64,000 nucleotides of DNA. Origin: Candidatus Woesearchaeota archaeon. GTDB taxonomy: Archaea; Nanobdellota; Nanobdellia; Woesearchaeales; ARS49. Within the stretch, counting starts at the first letter, position 1, and each line of letters opens with the position of its first letter. A program made the position numbers and the translations under genes. Positions 8,193-19,012 of the stretch are shown here, in pieces. The stretch lies in the NCBI GenBank assembly GCA_016215315.1, contig JACRKG010000045.1:19204-83203 (forward strand). The letters run 5' to 3'. The notes beneath the pieces were generated by a model, which was not told where the DNA came from, searched no databases, and saw only the letters and a list, made by a program, of their open reading frames with translations.

Positions 8193-10892
8193 ATGGCAAA
8201 AAAAGAAGAAATCACGGAAGAAGTAAAAGAAAAAACTGAAGAACTAAAAGAAAAAGAAGACGAAGTTCTAACTCCTGAAGAAAAAAACATACTTAAAGAA
8301 GCATTAAGCAGAGAAACAATAGAATCAACACAACAATACATAACTAAAAAAGTAAAAGGAGTAGTATTCGGAGTTCTATCACCAAAAATGATTAAGAAAA
8401 TGTCGACTGCTAAAATAGTAACTCCAGAATTATATGACAAAGAAGGATACCCAGTTGACGGCGGATTAATGGATATACGATTAGGAGTAATCGACCCAGG
8501 ACTAAAATGCAAAACTTGCGGATCAAAACTAAAAGAATGTATAGGACACTTCGGATACATAGAATTAGCAAGACCGGTATTCCACATCAAATTTGTAAGA
8601 CACATTTATGACGGCTTAAGATGCACTTGCAGAGAATGCGGCAGAATCTTAATGGCTGAAGACAAAATAAAAAAAACAATAAAAGAATACAAAAGAATAA
8701 AAGAAAAAGAAGGACTAGAAGCACTAAGACGCTTAACAAGATCAACAATCAGTCCACTAAAATCAGTGAGCAAATGTCCTCACTGTAAAGCAAAACAAGA
8801 AAAAATATTTTTAGTAAAACCATTAATGTTCAAAGAAGACGAGAAAAAACTAACATCAATACAAGTAAGAGCAAGACTTGAAAGAATACCTGACGAAGAC
8901 TCAGAAGTTTTAGGACTAAACCCAAAAGTAGTCAGACCAGAATGGACTGTGTTAACAGTACTACCAATACCACCAGTAACAGTAAGACCATCAATAACAC
9001 TAGAAAGCGGAGAAAGAAGCGAAGACGACCTAACACACAAATTAGGCGACATAGTAAGAATCAACCAAAGACTATTCGAAAACATCAACGCAGGAGCACC
9101 AGAAACAATCATAGAAGACCTATGGGACTTATTACAATACCACGTAACAACATTCTTTGACAACAACATACCACAACTACCTCCAGCAAGACACAGAGGA
9201 GGACAACCACTAAAAACAATCACGGAAAGAATCTCAAGCAAAGAAGGAAGAATAAGACACAACCTAGCAGGAAAAAGAACAAACTTCTGCGCAAGAACAG
9301 TAATCAGCCCAGACCCAATGTTAGGAATCAATTACGTAGGAGTGCCATTCATAGTAGCAATGAAAGTTACAGTTCCAGAAGTAGTAAACGAATGGAACAT
9401 GAATTACTTAAAAAAATTCGTCCAAACAGGACCAAAAGAATACCCTGGAGCAAACTACATAGTAAGACCTGACGGAAAAAAGAAAAAAGTAACAGAAGAA
9501 ACAAAAGAAGCAATGTTAGAAGAATTACAACCCGGATACAAAGTAGAAAGACACTTAATGGACGGAGACATAACAATCTTCAACAGACAACCAAGCTTAC
9601 ACAGAATGAGCATGATGTGCCACAAAGTAAAAGTATTACCATACAAAACACTAAGACTAAACCCGGTTGTTTGTGCTCCTTACAACGCAGACTTTGATGG
9701 AGACGAAATGAACTTACACGTCCCACAAACAGAAGAATCAAGAGCAGAAGCAGAAATATTAATGCAAGTACAAACACAAATAGTAAGCCCAGGATACGGA
9801 CTAAGTGTAATAGGATGCTTACAAGATGCAATATCAGGAAACTTTATACTAACAAGAGACTTAACATTAGAAAGAGAAAAAGCAGTAGAACTATTATGCG
9901 CAGTAGGAATAACAGACTTCAAAAAATTACCAAACAAAAAAACAATCACGGGAAAAGAAATATTCAGCATGCTATTACCAGACGACTTAGATTTCCAAGG
10001 AGCAAGCAAAGCAGGAGAACCAGTATTAATCGAAAAAGGAATACTAAAAGAAGGAGTAATGGACCAAAAAACAATCGGCGGAGAAGGAGAAGGACTCTTA
10101 CTAAGATCACTACACAAACAATACGGTCCAGACGCAACAATCGAAATCTTACAAAGAATACTAAGACTAGGAATAGAAGTATTACTACAAAGAGGATTCA
10201 CAGTAAGCTATTCAGAAACAGAATTACCACCAGAAACAGTTGAAGAAATAAACAAAACACTAAACGTAGCAGAAGAAGATGTACAAAAAGTAATCCAATC
10301 ATTCCACGACGGCTCACTAGAAACATTCCCAGGAAGAACACTAAAAGAAACACTAGAAATGAAAATAGTAGAAGTACTAAACAAAGCAAGAAACTTATGC
10401 GGAAGCATAATAAAGAAAACAATAAACAAAAAAACACACATCTCAATGATGGCAGAAAGCGGAGCAAGAGGAAACATACTAAACGTAGTACAAATGAGTG
10501 CCTGTGTAGGACAACAAGTACTTAGCGGTAGAAGAATAGAAAAAGGATTCAGCAAAAGAACACTAGCATGCTTCAAACAAGGAGACTTATCACCTGAAGC
10601 AAGAGGATTCGTAAGAAGCTCATTCAAAAAAGGACTAAACCCAAGAGAATTCTTCTTCCACTCAATCACTGGTAGAGACGGATTAATGGACACAGCACTA
10701 AGAACACCAAAATCAGGATACTTATACAGACGTCTCGCAAACGCAATGCAAGACCTAAAAGTAGAATACGACGGAAGCGTAAGAGATGCAGCTAACAGAA
10801 TAATACAGTTTTCATACGGAGAAGATGGACTAGACGTTTCAAAAACAGAAAGCGGAAAAATAAATATTAAAAAAATAATACAAATGGCTTAA
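8193..10892 (+). CDS. rpoA1: RNA polymerase subunit A'
   Basis: [10 protein letters not shown] catalytic motif, zinc-binding Cys clusters. Confidence 0.95.
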   Translation: MAKKEEITEEVKEKTEELKEKEDEVLTPEEKNILKEALSRETIESTQQYITKKVKGVVFGVLSPKMIKKMSTAKIVTPELYDKEGYPVDGGLMDIRLGVIDPGLKCKTCGSKLKECIGHFGYIELARPVFHIKFVRHIYDGLRCTCRECGRILMAEDKIKKTIKEYKRIKEKEGLEALRRLTRSTISPLKSVSKCPHCKAKQEKIFLVKPLMFKEDEKKLTSIQVRARLERIPDEDSEVLGLNPKVVRPEWTVLTVLPIPPVTVRPSITLESGERSEDDLTHKLGDIVRINQRLFENINAGAPETIIEDLWDLLQYHVTTFFDNNIPQLPPARHRGGQPLKTITERISSKEGRIRHNLAGKRTNFCARTVISPDPMLGINYVGVPFIVAMKVTVPEVVNEWNMNYLKKFVQTGPKEYPGANYIVRPDGKKKKVTEETKEAMLEELQPGYKVERHLMDGDITIFNRQPSLHRMSMMCHKVKVLPYKTLRLNPVVCAPYNADFDGDEMNLHVPQTEESRAEAEILMQVQTQIVSPGYGLSVIGCLQDAISGNFILTRDLTLEREKAVELLCAVGITDFKKLPNKKTITGKEIFSMLLPDDLDFQGASKAGEPVLIEKGILKEGVMDQKTIGGEGEGLLLRSLHKQYGPDATIEILQRILRLGIEVLLQRGFTVSYSETELPPETVEEINKTLNVAEEDVQKVIQSFHDGSLETFPGRTLKETLEMKIVEVLNKARNLCGSIIKKTINKKTHISMMAESGARGNILNVVQMSACVGQQVLSGRRIEKGFSKRTLACFKQGDLSPEARGFVRSSFKKGLNPREFFFHSITGRDGLMDTALRTPKSGYLYRRLANAMQDLKVEYDGSVRDAANRIIQFSYGEDGLDVSKTESGKINIKKIIQMA

Positions 10893-10893
10893 A

Positions 10894-12015
10894 ATGGTAC
10901 ACGCAGACTTAAAAGAATACATTGGAAAATTACCTAGTTCAATAATTCAAGAACTAGAAGAAACTTGCCCAGCATCAAAAATGAAGAAAGTAGCAAAACT
11001 AGTTCATGAAGAATTTGAAAACTCAAGAATATCACCTGGAGAAGCAGTAGGACTAATCAGTGCAGAAAGTATTGGAGAACCAGGAACACAAATGACGTTA
11101 AACACATTCCACTTTGCCGGAGTAGCTGAAATGAGCGTCACAAAAGGATTGCCTAGAATAATAGAAATCCTAGACGCAAGAAAAACCATTTCAACACCAA
11201 CAATGGAAATTTACTTACACGCTCCATACAACAAAGGAAAAGACATAAGAGAAATAGCAATGAGAATAAAAGAAACAAACATGGAATCAGTGGCAAAAGA
11301 TTTTGCCATCAATGTTGTCGACTTAAAAATGGAAACAACACTCGACGCAGAAAAACTAGAAAAACTAGAATTAAACTCCAAAAAAGTACAAAAAATATTA
11401 GAAAAAGCACTAGCAAAAGAAGCAAACGTAGAACTAAACGGAGACAAACTAGAAATTTCATTAAAAGGAAAAGAAAAAGACCTAAACCAATTATACAAAT
11501 TAAAAGAAGCAATCAAAGACGTATACGTTTGCGGAATAAAAGGAATAAAACAAGTACTACCCGTAAGAAGAAAAGAAGACTACATAATCATAACAGCAGG
11601 ATCAAACTTAAAAAAAGTATTCGAACTAGACTTTGTTGACTCATCAAGATCAACATCAAACGATATTCACGAAATAAAAAAAATATTAGGAATAGAAGCA
11701 GCAAGACAAGCAATAATTGACGAATTATTACAAGTTGTAGAAACACAAGGATTAAATGTAGACGTAAGACACTTAATGCTTGTCGCAGACACAATGTGCA
11801 TATCGGGAGACATAAAAGGAATAACAAGATACGGAGTAGTCAGTGAAAAAGCAAGTGTTCTAGCAAGAGCAAGCTTTGAAACACCAATAAAACACTTAAT
11901 AGAAGCATCAGTAATAGGGGAAATAGATTACTTAAACTCAGTAGTAGAAAACGTAATGCTAAACCAACCAGTACCATTAGGAACAGGAATGGTAAAATTA
12001 GTATCAAAAAAATAA
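10894..12015 (+). CDS. rpoA2: RNA polymerase subunit A''
   Basis: Rpb1 C-terminal region homologue, follows rpoA' with 1-nt gap. Confidence 0.9.
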   Translation: MVHADLKEYIGKLPSSIIQELEETCPASKMKKVAKLVHEEFENSRISPGEAVGLISAESIGEPGTQMTLNTFHFAGVAEMSVTKGLPRIIEILDARKTISTPTMEIYLHAPYNKGKDIREIAMRIKETNMESVAKDFAINVVDLKMETTLDAEKLEKLELNSKKVQKILEKALAKEANVELNGDKLEISLKGKEKDLNQLYKLKEAIKDVYVCGIKGIKQVLPVRRKEDYIIITAGSNLKKVFELDFVDSSRSTSNDIHEIKKILGIEAARQAIIDELLQVVETQGLNVDVRHLMLVADTMCISGDIKGITRYGVVSEKASVLARASFETPIKHLIEASVIGEIDYLNSVVENVMLNQPVPLGTGMVKLVSKK

Positions 12016-12033
12016 ATACTTAAAAAAACAAAA

Positions 12034-12306
12034 ATGGCACAAACAACAGGACCGGAACTAAAAAAATTATCAGAAACAAAAAAACTAGTATTAGGCACAG
12101 AAAGAAACTTAAAACTAATCAAAAAAGGTTCAGAACTAAAAAAAGTAATAATCGCAAAAAACTGCAATCCACAAACAGTAAAATTAATAGAAAAATATTC
12201 TAAAATTCGCGGCCTAGAATTAGAAGTTTCGACGCTAACAAACGAAAAATTAGGAACTTTATGTAAAAAGCCATTCTTAGTCTCAGTTATTGGCATTACC
12301 CAGTGA
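12034..12306 (+). CDS. rpl30e: Ribosomal protein L30e
   Basis: Sequence and operon position typical of L30e. Confidence 0.85.
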   Translation: MAQTTGPELKKLSETKKLVLGTERNLKLIKKGSELKKVIIAKNCNPQTVKLIEKYSKIRGLELEVSTLTNEKLGTLCKKPFLVSVIGITQ

Positions 12307-12749
12307 ATTCTATGGTCAAGTATGATACTGAAGCAATTCAATTTATGAACTTCTTTGAGACATCAACTAAAGCTAAACTAAAAGACTGTTTCGAGTGGAA
12401 CACATTCCAAGTTTTTGTAGTAGAACAAGGAGAAATAGGAAAAGCAATAGGCAAAGGAGGACAAACAGTACTCCAACTACAAAAAAAACTAAAAAAGAAA
12501 ATAAAAATAGTAGAATACAGCCCAGAATTGAAAACATTTATAAATAATCTCGTATCCCCTTTGAAGTTAAAGAGCATAGAAGAGACAGAAAGCATCGTCA
12601 CATTAATACCCCAAGACAATCAAACAAGAGGTGTGTTAATCGGAAGAAACGCAATCTCTCTACGCGCGCTCGAACAAATAATTCAACGATATTTTAAAAT
12701 AAAAGAAGTAAAAATAGGAAAACCATGGGAAATAAATCAAGCGGACTAA
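12303..12749 (+). CDS. nusA: Archaeal NusA-like transcription factor (KH domains)
   Basis: Two KH motifs ([11 protein letters not shown] ; [15 protein letters not shown]), operon position. Confidence 0.8.
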   Translation: MNSMVKYDTEAIQFMNFFETSTKAKLKDCFEWNTFQVFVVEQGEIGKAIGKGGQTVLQLQKKLKKKIKIVEYSPELKTFINNLVSPLKLKSIEETESIVTLIPQDNQTRGVLIGRNAISLRALEQIIQRYFKIKEVKIGKPWEINQAD

Positions 12750-13162
12750 ACGCAGGAAAAGCACTAAAAAGAAGAAGACACGTAAGCAAATTACTAAAAA
12801 AAGATTTTGTTAGAAGACTCTTCGAACTAAAAAGAAAAGCAGACCCACTAAGAGGATCATCACAAGCTAAAGGACTAGTTCTAGAAAAAATAGAATTAGA
12901 AGCAAAACAACCAAACAGCGCAAAAAGAAAATGCTGCAGAGTACAATTAATAAAAAACAACAAACAAATCACTGCATTCATGCCAGGCGATGGTGCACAA
13001 AAATTAATTGACGAACACGACGAAGTAATAGTAGAATGCATCGGCGGTCCAATGGGAAAAAGCAAAGGAGACATCCCAGGAGTAAGATGGCAAGTAATCA
13101 AAGTTAACGATCAAAGCTTACGAGACTTAAGAAGCGGAAAATTGGAGAAAGCAAGGAAATGA
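12725..13162 (+). CDS. rps12: Ribosomal protein S12 (uS12)
   Basis: [14 protein letters not shown]...TAFMPGDG motif. Confidence 0.9.
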   Translation: MGNKSSGLNAGKALKRRRHVSKLLKKDFVRRLFELKRKADPLRGSSQAKGLVLEKIELEAKQPNSAKRKCCRVQLIKNNKQITAFMPGDGAQKLIDEHDEVIVECIGGPMGKSKGDIPGVRWQVIKVNDQSLRDLRSGKLEKARK

Positions 13163-13758
13163 GCGAAGTATTAGTATTCAACAAATGGAGTGCTCAAGGA
13201 GCAAAAGTAGTAGATCCGGGATTAATAGATTACATAAGTGTAAAACCAGTCTACGTACCAAAAACCGCAACAAGATATGCAGGCCACAGATTCAGAAAAT
13301 CAAAACTATTCATAGTAGAAAGATTAATCAACAAAGTAATGGTGCCAGGCCACAGAGCAAAAAAACACAGAAAAAGTTCAGGACACCAAACAGGAAAAGC
13401 AGTAAAGGCATACCAAATAGTAGAAAAAGCACTAATACTAATCGAACAAAGACTAAAAAAAAATCCAATAGAAGTAGTAGTTAAAGCAGTAGAAAACGGA
13501 GCACCAAGAGAAGAAATAGTAACAATAGAATACGGTGGAGCAAGATATCCAAAAGCAGTAGAATGCGCACCACAAAGAAGAATAGATATAGTACTAAAAT
13601 ACTTCATAAACAGTGCTTACGACAAATCATTCAAAAGCAAAAAAAGCATAGAAGAAAGCTTAGCAGAAGAAATAATTGCAGCATACAGGCTTGATCCAAA
13701 AAGTTTGGCAATTTCTAAAAAAAACGAAATGGAAAGACAAGCAGACGCAAGCAGATAA
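13159..13758 (+). CDS. rps7: Ribosomal protein S7 (uS7)
   Basis: S7 family sequence, operon position. Confidence 0.9.
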   Translation: MSEVLVFNKWSAQGAKVVDPGLIDYISVKPVYVPKTATRYAGHRFRKSKLFIVERLINKVMVPGHRAKKHRKSSGHQTGKAVKAYQIVEKALILIEQRLKKNPIEVVVKAVENGAPREEIVTIEYGGARYPKAVECAPQRRIDIVLKYFINSAYDKSFKSKKSIEESLAEEIIAAYRLDPKSLAISKKNEMERQADASR

Positions 13759-13800
13759 AACTAGTTCACAGTTTGTGGTCTACAGTTTACAGTAAAAAAG

Positions 13801-14007
13801 GTGATAAAAATTAAAAAAATATTCAATTGGATATCATTGGTGCTTTCTGCATATACAACTCTTGCTTTTTTAACATCCTTCTTTGTTCCAAGCATAAAAC
13901 TAACACCAATACCAGCACAATACTCAGCAGTACTACCAATATATCTAGGATTTGTATTAACATTTGCAGTATTGTTTAATGGAATTGCTGCAGTATTAAA
14001 AGAATAA
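13801..14007 (+). CDS. Small hydrophobic protein (2 predicted TM helices)
   Basis: 68-aa hydrophobic ORF; weak support. Confidence 0.3.
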   Translation: MIKIKKIFNWISLVLSAYTTLAFLTSFFVPSIKLTPIPAQYSAVLPIYLGFVLTFAVLFNGIAAVLKE

Positions 14008-14064
14008 TTCTTTCTTGAATTTGTTAAAAACTCTATTTTGTTTCTTATCTTACTTAAATTTTCT

Positions 14065-14183
14065 CAGTTTCAGTCGCCACGAAGAGTGTGCCAGTAGAGT
14101 TTCTTAATTATTCTAGCGACAAAGACAGTTGATAAAAAAGTAGAAAGAATTTTTTGAGTGCACGTGAATTACTTTTCAGTTAT
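14065..14183. repeat. Copy A of a repeated non-coding element (agtagagtttcttaat...gcgaca...ataaaaa...ttttgagtgcac...acttttcagttat)
   Basis: Aligns along about 120 nt with 37347-37470; ends in the 37-bp direct repeat 14147-14183. Confidence 0.6.
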
Positions 14184-14185
14184 AC

Positions 14186-14638
14186 TTAATCCTTGAACAA
14201 ATCTCTATATTTATCATCGAATTGGATGTAAATATTCTTTGCGTAGTTTATTTTAAGGTATGATTCCGCACTTGATTTTAATGCGTTGTCTAGTCTTTTA
14301 AAATAACCTTTCATTGTACTAAAAACGCTTAAAGCTTCAGCATAATTTTGACTTTGATTATTTACTTTAAAATCCAAGTTTAATGCAAGCTCTACGTGAT
14401 CTCTTAAACTATGAACTTTTTTGTTCATCGGAATACCTTCTTTTTTAATGACTTCATCAATCGAGTTCATTATCAAACAAAGTTCGCTTATTTCTTTACT
14501 TCCAGTTCCAACTTCTCTAACAATGCGTTTTGTTTCCGCTTTTTCTTTGACCTTTCTAATAGTGGTTTCAGCTTTACTTTTATTCAAAGCATCCATTTTA
14601 GAATTATCCCTTGGCGGAGTAGGACTAGACCATGGCAT
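14186..14638 (-). CDS. Hypothetical protein (150 aa) carried in a cassette flanked by 37-bp direct repeats
   Basis: ORF preceded by conserved leader with GAGGTG Shine-Dalgarno. Confidence 0.55.
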   Translation of the reverse strand: MPWSSPTPPRDNSKMDALNKSKAETTIRKVKEKAETKRIVREVGTGSKEISELCLIMNSIDEVIKKEGIPMNKKVHSLRDHVELALNLDFKVNNQSQNYAEALSVFSTMKGYFKRLDNALKSSAESYLKINYAKNIYIQFDDKYRDLFKD

Positions 14639-14641
14639 TAA

Positions 14642-14687
14642 ACCACCTCAACTCTCTTTAAGGGATTACAGTTAATAAATATTACTG
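14642..14687 (-). promoter_or_regulatory. Conserved promoter/5' leader (TATA-like ATATTTATTAA plus GAGGTG SD), copy 1
   Basis: About 44-nt near-identical copy at 25052-25094 in front of another minus-strand gene. Confidence 0.5.
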
Positions 14688-14790
14688 AATTTTTTGAGTG
14701 CACGTGAATTATTTTTCAGTTATCAATTTCTGCGCAGCAGAGTTAATGTTCCGGTTGAGAATGCAGAACAAAACTCAATAAGCACACAAA
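14687..14790. repeat. Copy C (3' part) of repeated element: T-run, GAGTGCAC box, TTTCTGCGCAGCAGAGTTAATGTTCCG
   Basis: Second copy of 37-bp direct repeat (14687-14723) followed by 28-nt block identical to 20798-20825. Confidence 0.6.
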
Positions 14791-14899
14791 TCAAGTAACC
14801 GGCTAAGAGAAAATTCAACTAAAATTGGCTTTATTTTTTAGAAATATTTATATACTTATAACTTTTTATTACTAATTAATAACTATTGAGGTGGTTTAA

Positions 14900-15187
14900 A
14901 TGCCTGAATTAATGTTTAGAAAAAAAATGATAAAAGCGCAGCATAGTCCTACTTTGAATACTGTTATGATGGTTGAAGAAGTCATAAGAACTGCTAAAGA
15001 AATTATTAGTGTTGCTGAATTAAAGAGAAAACTTCCTAAAAAAGTAAATCATTACACTTTAAAACTCATTCTTTCCTATTTACAACTTAGTGGAAAGATA
15101 GAATTTACTCCTAATGGCGTTCTCTGGATTTTCATGCCAAGAGAAGATCTTAAATTAATTATGAAAAAAGGCAGAACATGGACTTAA
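14900..15187 (+). CDS. Hypothetical small protein (95 aa)
   Basis: ORF with GAGGTG SD 8 nt upstream. Confidence 0.5.
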   Translation: MPELMFRKKMIKAQHSPTLNTVMMVEEVIRTAKEIISVAELKRKLPKKVNHYTLKLILSYLQLSGKIEFTPNGVLWIFMPREDLKLIMKKGRTWT

Positions 15188-15353
15188 AAGATAAGCAAAA
15201 AATTGTTCAACTAATTGGACATGCTGATGAAGCCCTGCAAAAATTAGAACACAACATAAATTCTTACGAAGCTCAAGTTAAAGTAATTTCTGTTGTTTTT
15301 GAAATATGCGATCATGATGCGTATAATAAAATATTTGGTTATAAAAAGAAATA
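15180..15353 (+). CDS. Possible small ORF (57 aa) overlapping previous stop (ATGGACTTAA)
   Basis: ATG/TAA overlap typical of coupled genes; not in ORF track because under 60 aa. Confidence 0.25.
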
Positions 15354-15377
15354 AAAAACAGTTTATTTCATTTAAGA

Positions 15378-15827
15378 TTAACTTAACAACATCTCTAATT
15401 CAAATTTTTCGCCACCTAGCATAACATGAGGAACACTTTTTCTTGACTTTGCTGGAATGTATAATTGTTGAGTTCCTGCTCCTTCATAGAATGAAAAATC
15501 CAAAATTGTTGTTCCGCCATCTCTCTGTACTTCAACGTTAAGAATGCTTGCTTCTACTAATTTGTTTTGTTGTCCTACATGCAATCTCAAACCTTTATGA
15601 TCTGCACTGCTTCTTTCTCCTGCTTTAGGTTCATGAATGACATAATAAATAGTGCCATATTCTCTTGTGATTCGTGCAATGTGTGTTAGTTCATCTTGTT
15701 CGGGAAGTCCTGTTACAGTTAATTCTCCATATATTAAGTTCAATTGTACACAGGATAAATTTTCTTTACTTTCTACTTTAAATCGGTTGGCCAAATTTAT
15801 TGTCACATTTTTTACCATTTTATTCAC
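15378..15827 (-). CDS. Hypothetical protein (149 aa)
   Basis: ORF; 3' gene of minus-strand trio. Confidence 0.5.
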   Translation of the reverse strand: MNKMVKNVTINLANRFKVESKENLSCVQLNLIYGELTVTGLPEQDELTHIARITREYGTIYYVIHEPKAGERSSADHKGLRLHVGQQNKLVEASILNVEVQRDGGTTILDFSFYEGAGTQQLYIPAKSRKSVPHVMLGGEKFELEMLLS

Positions 15828-15861
15828 CTTTAAAAATATAAATTATAAACTGCAAATTATT

Positions 15862-17349
15862 TCAAAAACCACTACCGCTGGAGAAACTTCCTCCACCGAA
15901 TCCTCCGCCGCTTGAATGAGATCCGCCTCCGAATCCTCCGAAAGAAGAACTGCTACTTGAACTGTGATGACTGCTACTTCCTCCAAATCCACTGCTAAAT
16001 CCTCCAAATGAAGAACTGTCGCTATCATAAGAGTATGAAGGTCTTGGTTTTGGTTTAAATCTTTGATTTGCTTCAATTTGAGACCAAACACTGGTGTTTG
16101 TTATTCTTCCTAACAAGTATCCTGCAATCAATGAATCCATATCAAAACCACTTTCAAAATAAGATCTGCTTCCTTCATAATCCTTACTTCTATAATTATT
16201 TAAAATACTGTTCAGTCCATCTAATTTGTTGCTCACAGCATCTCTGGCTGCAATTGTTTCTTTTGCGTTATCTTTAAAATTTCTAACTTCAGTATCAATC
16301 TGTTCCATTCTATTAACTAAAGCATCATCCCTTGAGTCTGGAGTTTCTTTTGCCATTCTTTTTAAGTCTGCAATTGAATCTCCTTTCAAAAAATCTTTAA
16401 TTCTTTTAACTGCTTTCTCGTAATATTCTCCTTTAGTTGTATCTAATTCTTTTCTGTCTTGAGTGCATCTTTGGTATGCTTCTTCTTTTTGTTTTATTCT
16501 TTGAAGAATTTTTTCCCTTTCGTCACCTAAACTTGCTCCTTCCTTCATTACTTTAGGCAAGCCATAACTTTCTTGAACTTCTTTAACCATTGCTTCAACT
16601 TTAGAAGCAACTTCCTTGTAAGCACTTTGTCTTCTTTCTAATTCTGCGTCCATTAATTCTGGCATCATCATTAAAAAATCATAATTCTTTTTATTTTCTT
16701 CAAAATTAACTAACCTTGCAACTGCTCGGTCCCAATTTCTAACTAATCTTCCATGATTGTATAATGGTGCAGGTTTTCCAAATTGTCTGTTTACTAGATA
16801 CATAAATAATTCGTTACTTTTGTATGCTTCAAGTTTCTTTTTTGCATCAGCTTTGAATTGTTCTAATGTTGTTTTGTTTTCAGCCAATTCTTTTCCTTTT
16901 ACTTCAGCTGTAGCATTTAATTGAGGATATTCATCTCTTCCAGCCAATTCAGCGTTAACTTTTTCAACTATTGCATCCCTCTCTTCTGCTTTTTGGTTTA
17001 ATTGATCTGTTACAACTGCTAATCTTGATTCTAGAAGTCCTTTATCGTTAAGTGCAGACTGCATTTGACCTTCTAAGCTTTCTCTGAGTGCTTGTTTTTG
17101 TCTAAATACATCTTTTACTTGCGCTTGAACTTGTTTTAAAGTTGTTTCAACTGATTTAGCGTCAAGTTCTGGTAAGTAAATGAGTGCTAAATTACTTAAA
17201 CACCTTTCTCTTTCATTCATTAAAGAATCAATTTTGTTCTCATAATTAGTTAGTTGAGTGCTTAAACTATTTTGTTTTGATTGCAACTCATTCACTTTTC
17301 CTCTAATTTTACTCTCTCCGTCGCTTCCGCTTATACTCATTTTTACCAA
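15862..17349 (-). CDS. Coiled-coil protein with C-terminal Gly/Ser/Phe-rich low-complexity tail
   Basis: Heptad-rich helical segments; tail SYSYDSDSSSFGGFSSGFGGSSSHHSSSSSSSFGGFGGGSHSSGGGFGGGSFSSGSGF. Confidence 0.6.
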   Translation of the reverse strand: MVKMSISGSDGESKIRGKVNELQSKQNSLSTQLTNYENKIDSLMNERERCLSNLALIYLPELDAKSVETTLKQVQAQVKDVFRQKQALRESLEGQMQSALNDKGLLESRLAVVTDQLNQKAEERDAIVEKVNAELAGRDEYPQLNATAEVKGKELAENKTTLEQFKADAKKKLEAYKSNELFMYLVNRQFGKPAPLYNHGRLVRNWDRAVARLVNFEENKKNYDFLMMMPELMDAELERRQSAYKEVASKVEAMVKEVQESYGLPKVMKEGASLGDEREKILQRIKQKEEAYQRCTQDRKELDTTKGEYYEKAVKRIKDFLKGDSIADLKRMAKETPDSRDDALVNRMEQIDTEVRNFKDNAKETIAARDAVSNKLDGLNSILNNYRSKDYEGSRSYFESGFDMDSLIAGYLLGRITNTSVWSQIEANQRFKPKPRPSYSYDSDSSSFGGFSSGFGGSSSHHSSSSSSSFGGFGGGSHSSGGGFGGGSFSSGSGF

Positions 17350-18833
17350 CTCGTAATTTGACCCGTTCTTTGTGATACTCCTGGAAATTTAACTACTTCT
17401 TTTAAGTATCCTGCTTTCTTTTCTGAAAATAAAGTTTTATCAACACGACCATTATCCATTTTATCCGCTTTTACTGCTTCGTACACTTCAGAAGGAACTC
17501 TCTCTCCCCACATTCTAACTGAATGAATTTGCCCACTTTGTTCGTCAGTATTTTCTATTTGTCTGGCAATTGTGTTCCCATTTTGATCTACTGCTTCAAC
17601 TATCAAATAAAATCCTGCCAGTCTTTTTCCTGCGTTGTCGGTGTAATATCTATCAATTCCGCTTTTAACGCCAGATTTGTTAACAATTCTTACAGTATAC
17701 TCTTGTTTCAAAACAGCATCCAAACTTTCTAATGATGCAATTGTTGTTTTCAAAGAAGCAATATCAACACTGCTAACGTAATTTCTTCCTTTAGTATGTA
17801 AGTCTTCTGCTTGAGAATTTGCTTCTGGATCTTGTGATACAATTCTTACCGAACTATAAACTTGCTCTAATCTTGCAGGCAATGTTTCAAATTCTTTAAC
17901 GCCTAATTTTATTTCAACTAATTGTTGTTTGTAATTTATTCCTTCTTGTAATTGTCTATTTGTTATGCTTGCAATACCACTGTCATAAGCACTTTGTGCT
18001 TTTGTTCTTAATACTGCTGGTGGATTGCTGCTTTTTATTTCTTGAATTAAAGAATCTAAACTCTGTCTTGTTGCTACTAAATCTTGTTCTGTTCTAATCA
18101 ATCCTTGGCCAGTATTCACTTTGCCTTTAACGGTTGCAAGAACTCCATTGATAGAATCTAATTTTTGTTCTGCTTCTTTATAATTACTTTGATTAATATC
18201 ATCACTTGCTGTGCCATCATCACAATATGTTTCAAAAAAATCATCAGTGCTTCTTAAGTTGTCCCCTGCATTTCTAATTAATTCAGTTAATTCAGTAGAA
18301 TCAGGTAATGAATTTTTTTGAGAATTTAAGTCCTTGATTTGGTTTGCTAAATTTAATCTTGCTTTGTAACTGTCTTCAACAGCACTTTCAACACCGCTTT
18401 CTGCAGCTCTTAATGTTATTGCATTTACAGCAATTGAACCAACATAAACTATTGTTGATAATGCTAAAACAGCCAAAGTAGGAATTCCATATTTTCTTCC
18501 TATTCTTGCTCTGTTAACGTAAGCTCTTGCTAGTTTTGTTGAGAATGTATTTTCAGGTCCTTGAAAAACATAGAACTCATCAAAATATCTTTGAACTGCT
18601 AAATCGGTAGCTTCTTCACTACGATCTGATCCAGTGAATTTGTTTGAAGAGAGAAGTTTTTGTTTATATTTTTCTTTTAATTGATTGACGTTAAATTGTT
18701 CTGCAGCACTATCCATTAATTTTTGGATATCATCAGCATCTGCATTAATCTTCAATGTTTTTACCATTTCAGGATTAACAGGAATGTCTCCAACCATACC
18801 ATCTTTTGCTATTTCTTGATCTTGTTGAGTCAT
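17343..18833 (-). CDS. Membrane-anchored coiled-coil protein (single TM around residue 118-140)
   Basis: Hydrophobic helix IPTLAVLALSTIVYVGSIAVNAITL; 7-nt overlap with downstream gene. Confidence 0.6.
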   Translation of the reverse strand: MTQQDQEIAKDGMVGDIPVNPEMVKTLKINADADDIQKLMDSAAEQFNVNQLKEKYKQKLLSSNKFTGSDRSEEATDLAVQRYFDEFYVFQGPENTFSTKLARAYVNRARIGRKYGIPTLAVLALSTIVYVGSIAVNAITLRAAESGVESAVEDSYKARLNLANQIKDLNSQKNSLPDSTELTELIRNAGDNLRSTDDFFETYCDDGTASDDINQSNYKEAEQKLDSINGVLATVKGKVNTGQGLIRTEQDLVATRQSLDSLIQEIKSSNPPAVLRTKAQSAYDSGIASITNRQLQEGINYKQQLVEIKLGVKEFETLPARLEQVYSSVRIVSQDPEANSQAEDLHTKGRNYVSSVDIASLKTTIASLESLDAVLKQEYTVRIVNKSGVKSGIDRYYTDNAGKRLAGFYLIVEAVDQNGNTIARQIENTDEQSGQIHSVRMWGERVPSEVYEAVKADKMDNGRVDKTLFSEKKAGYLKEVVKFPGVSQRTGQITSW

Positions 18834-19012
18834 GAGACAACCGAGAAGAAGTTCTATTTATAAATCTTTCTGATTTTTGACTACTGCGTAATAGTAATAA
18901 AAGAAAAGTTTTATATCTTGATGTTTTGTTCTATGTTACAAAGGAAAATTTCAAAGAAATTTTCTAAAATCAATTTTTTTCCGAAGGAAAAAAATTTGGG
19001 GGAAAAAATAAA

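Noticed and set aside
6466-11827. Many 60-180-aa ORFs antisense or out-of-frame within rpoB/rpoA genes (Leu/Ser-rich or Lys/Arg-rich translations)
   Set aside because: Typical shadow ORFs of the A/G-rich coding strand; they are entirely contained in strongly supported rpo genes.
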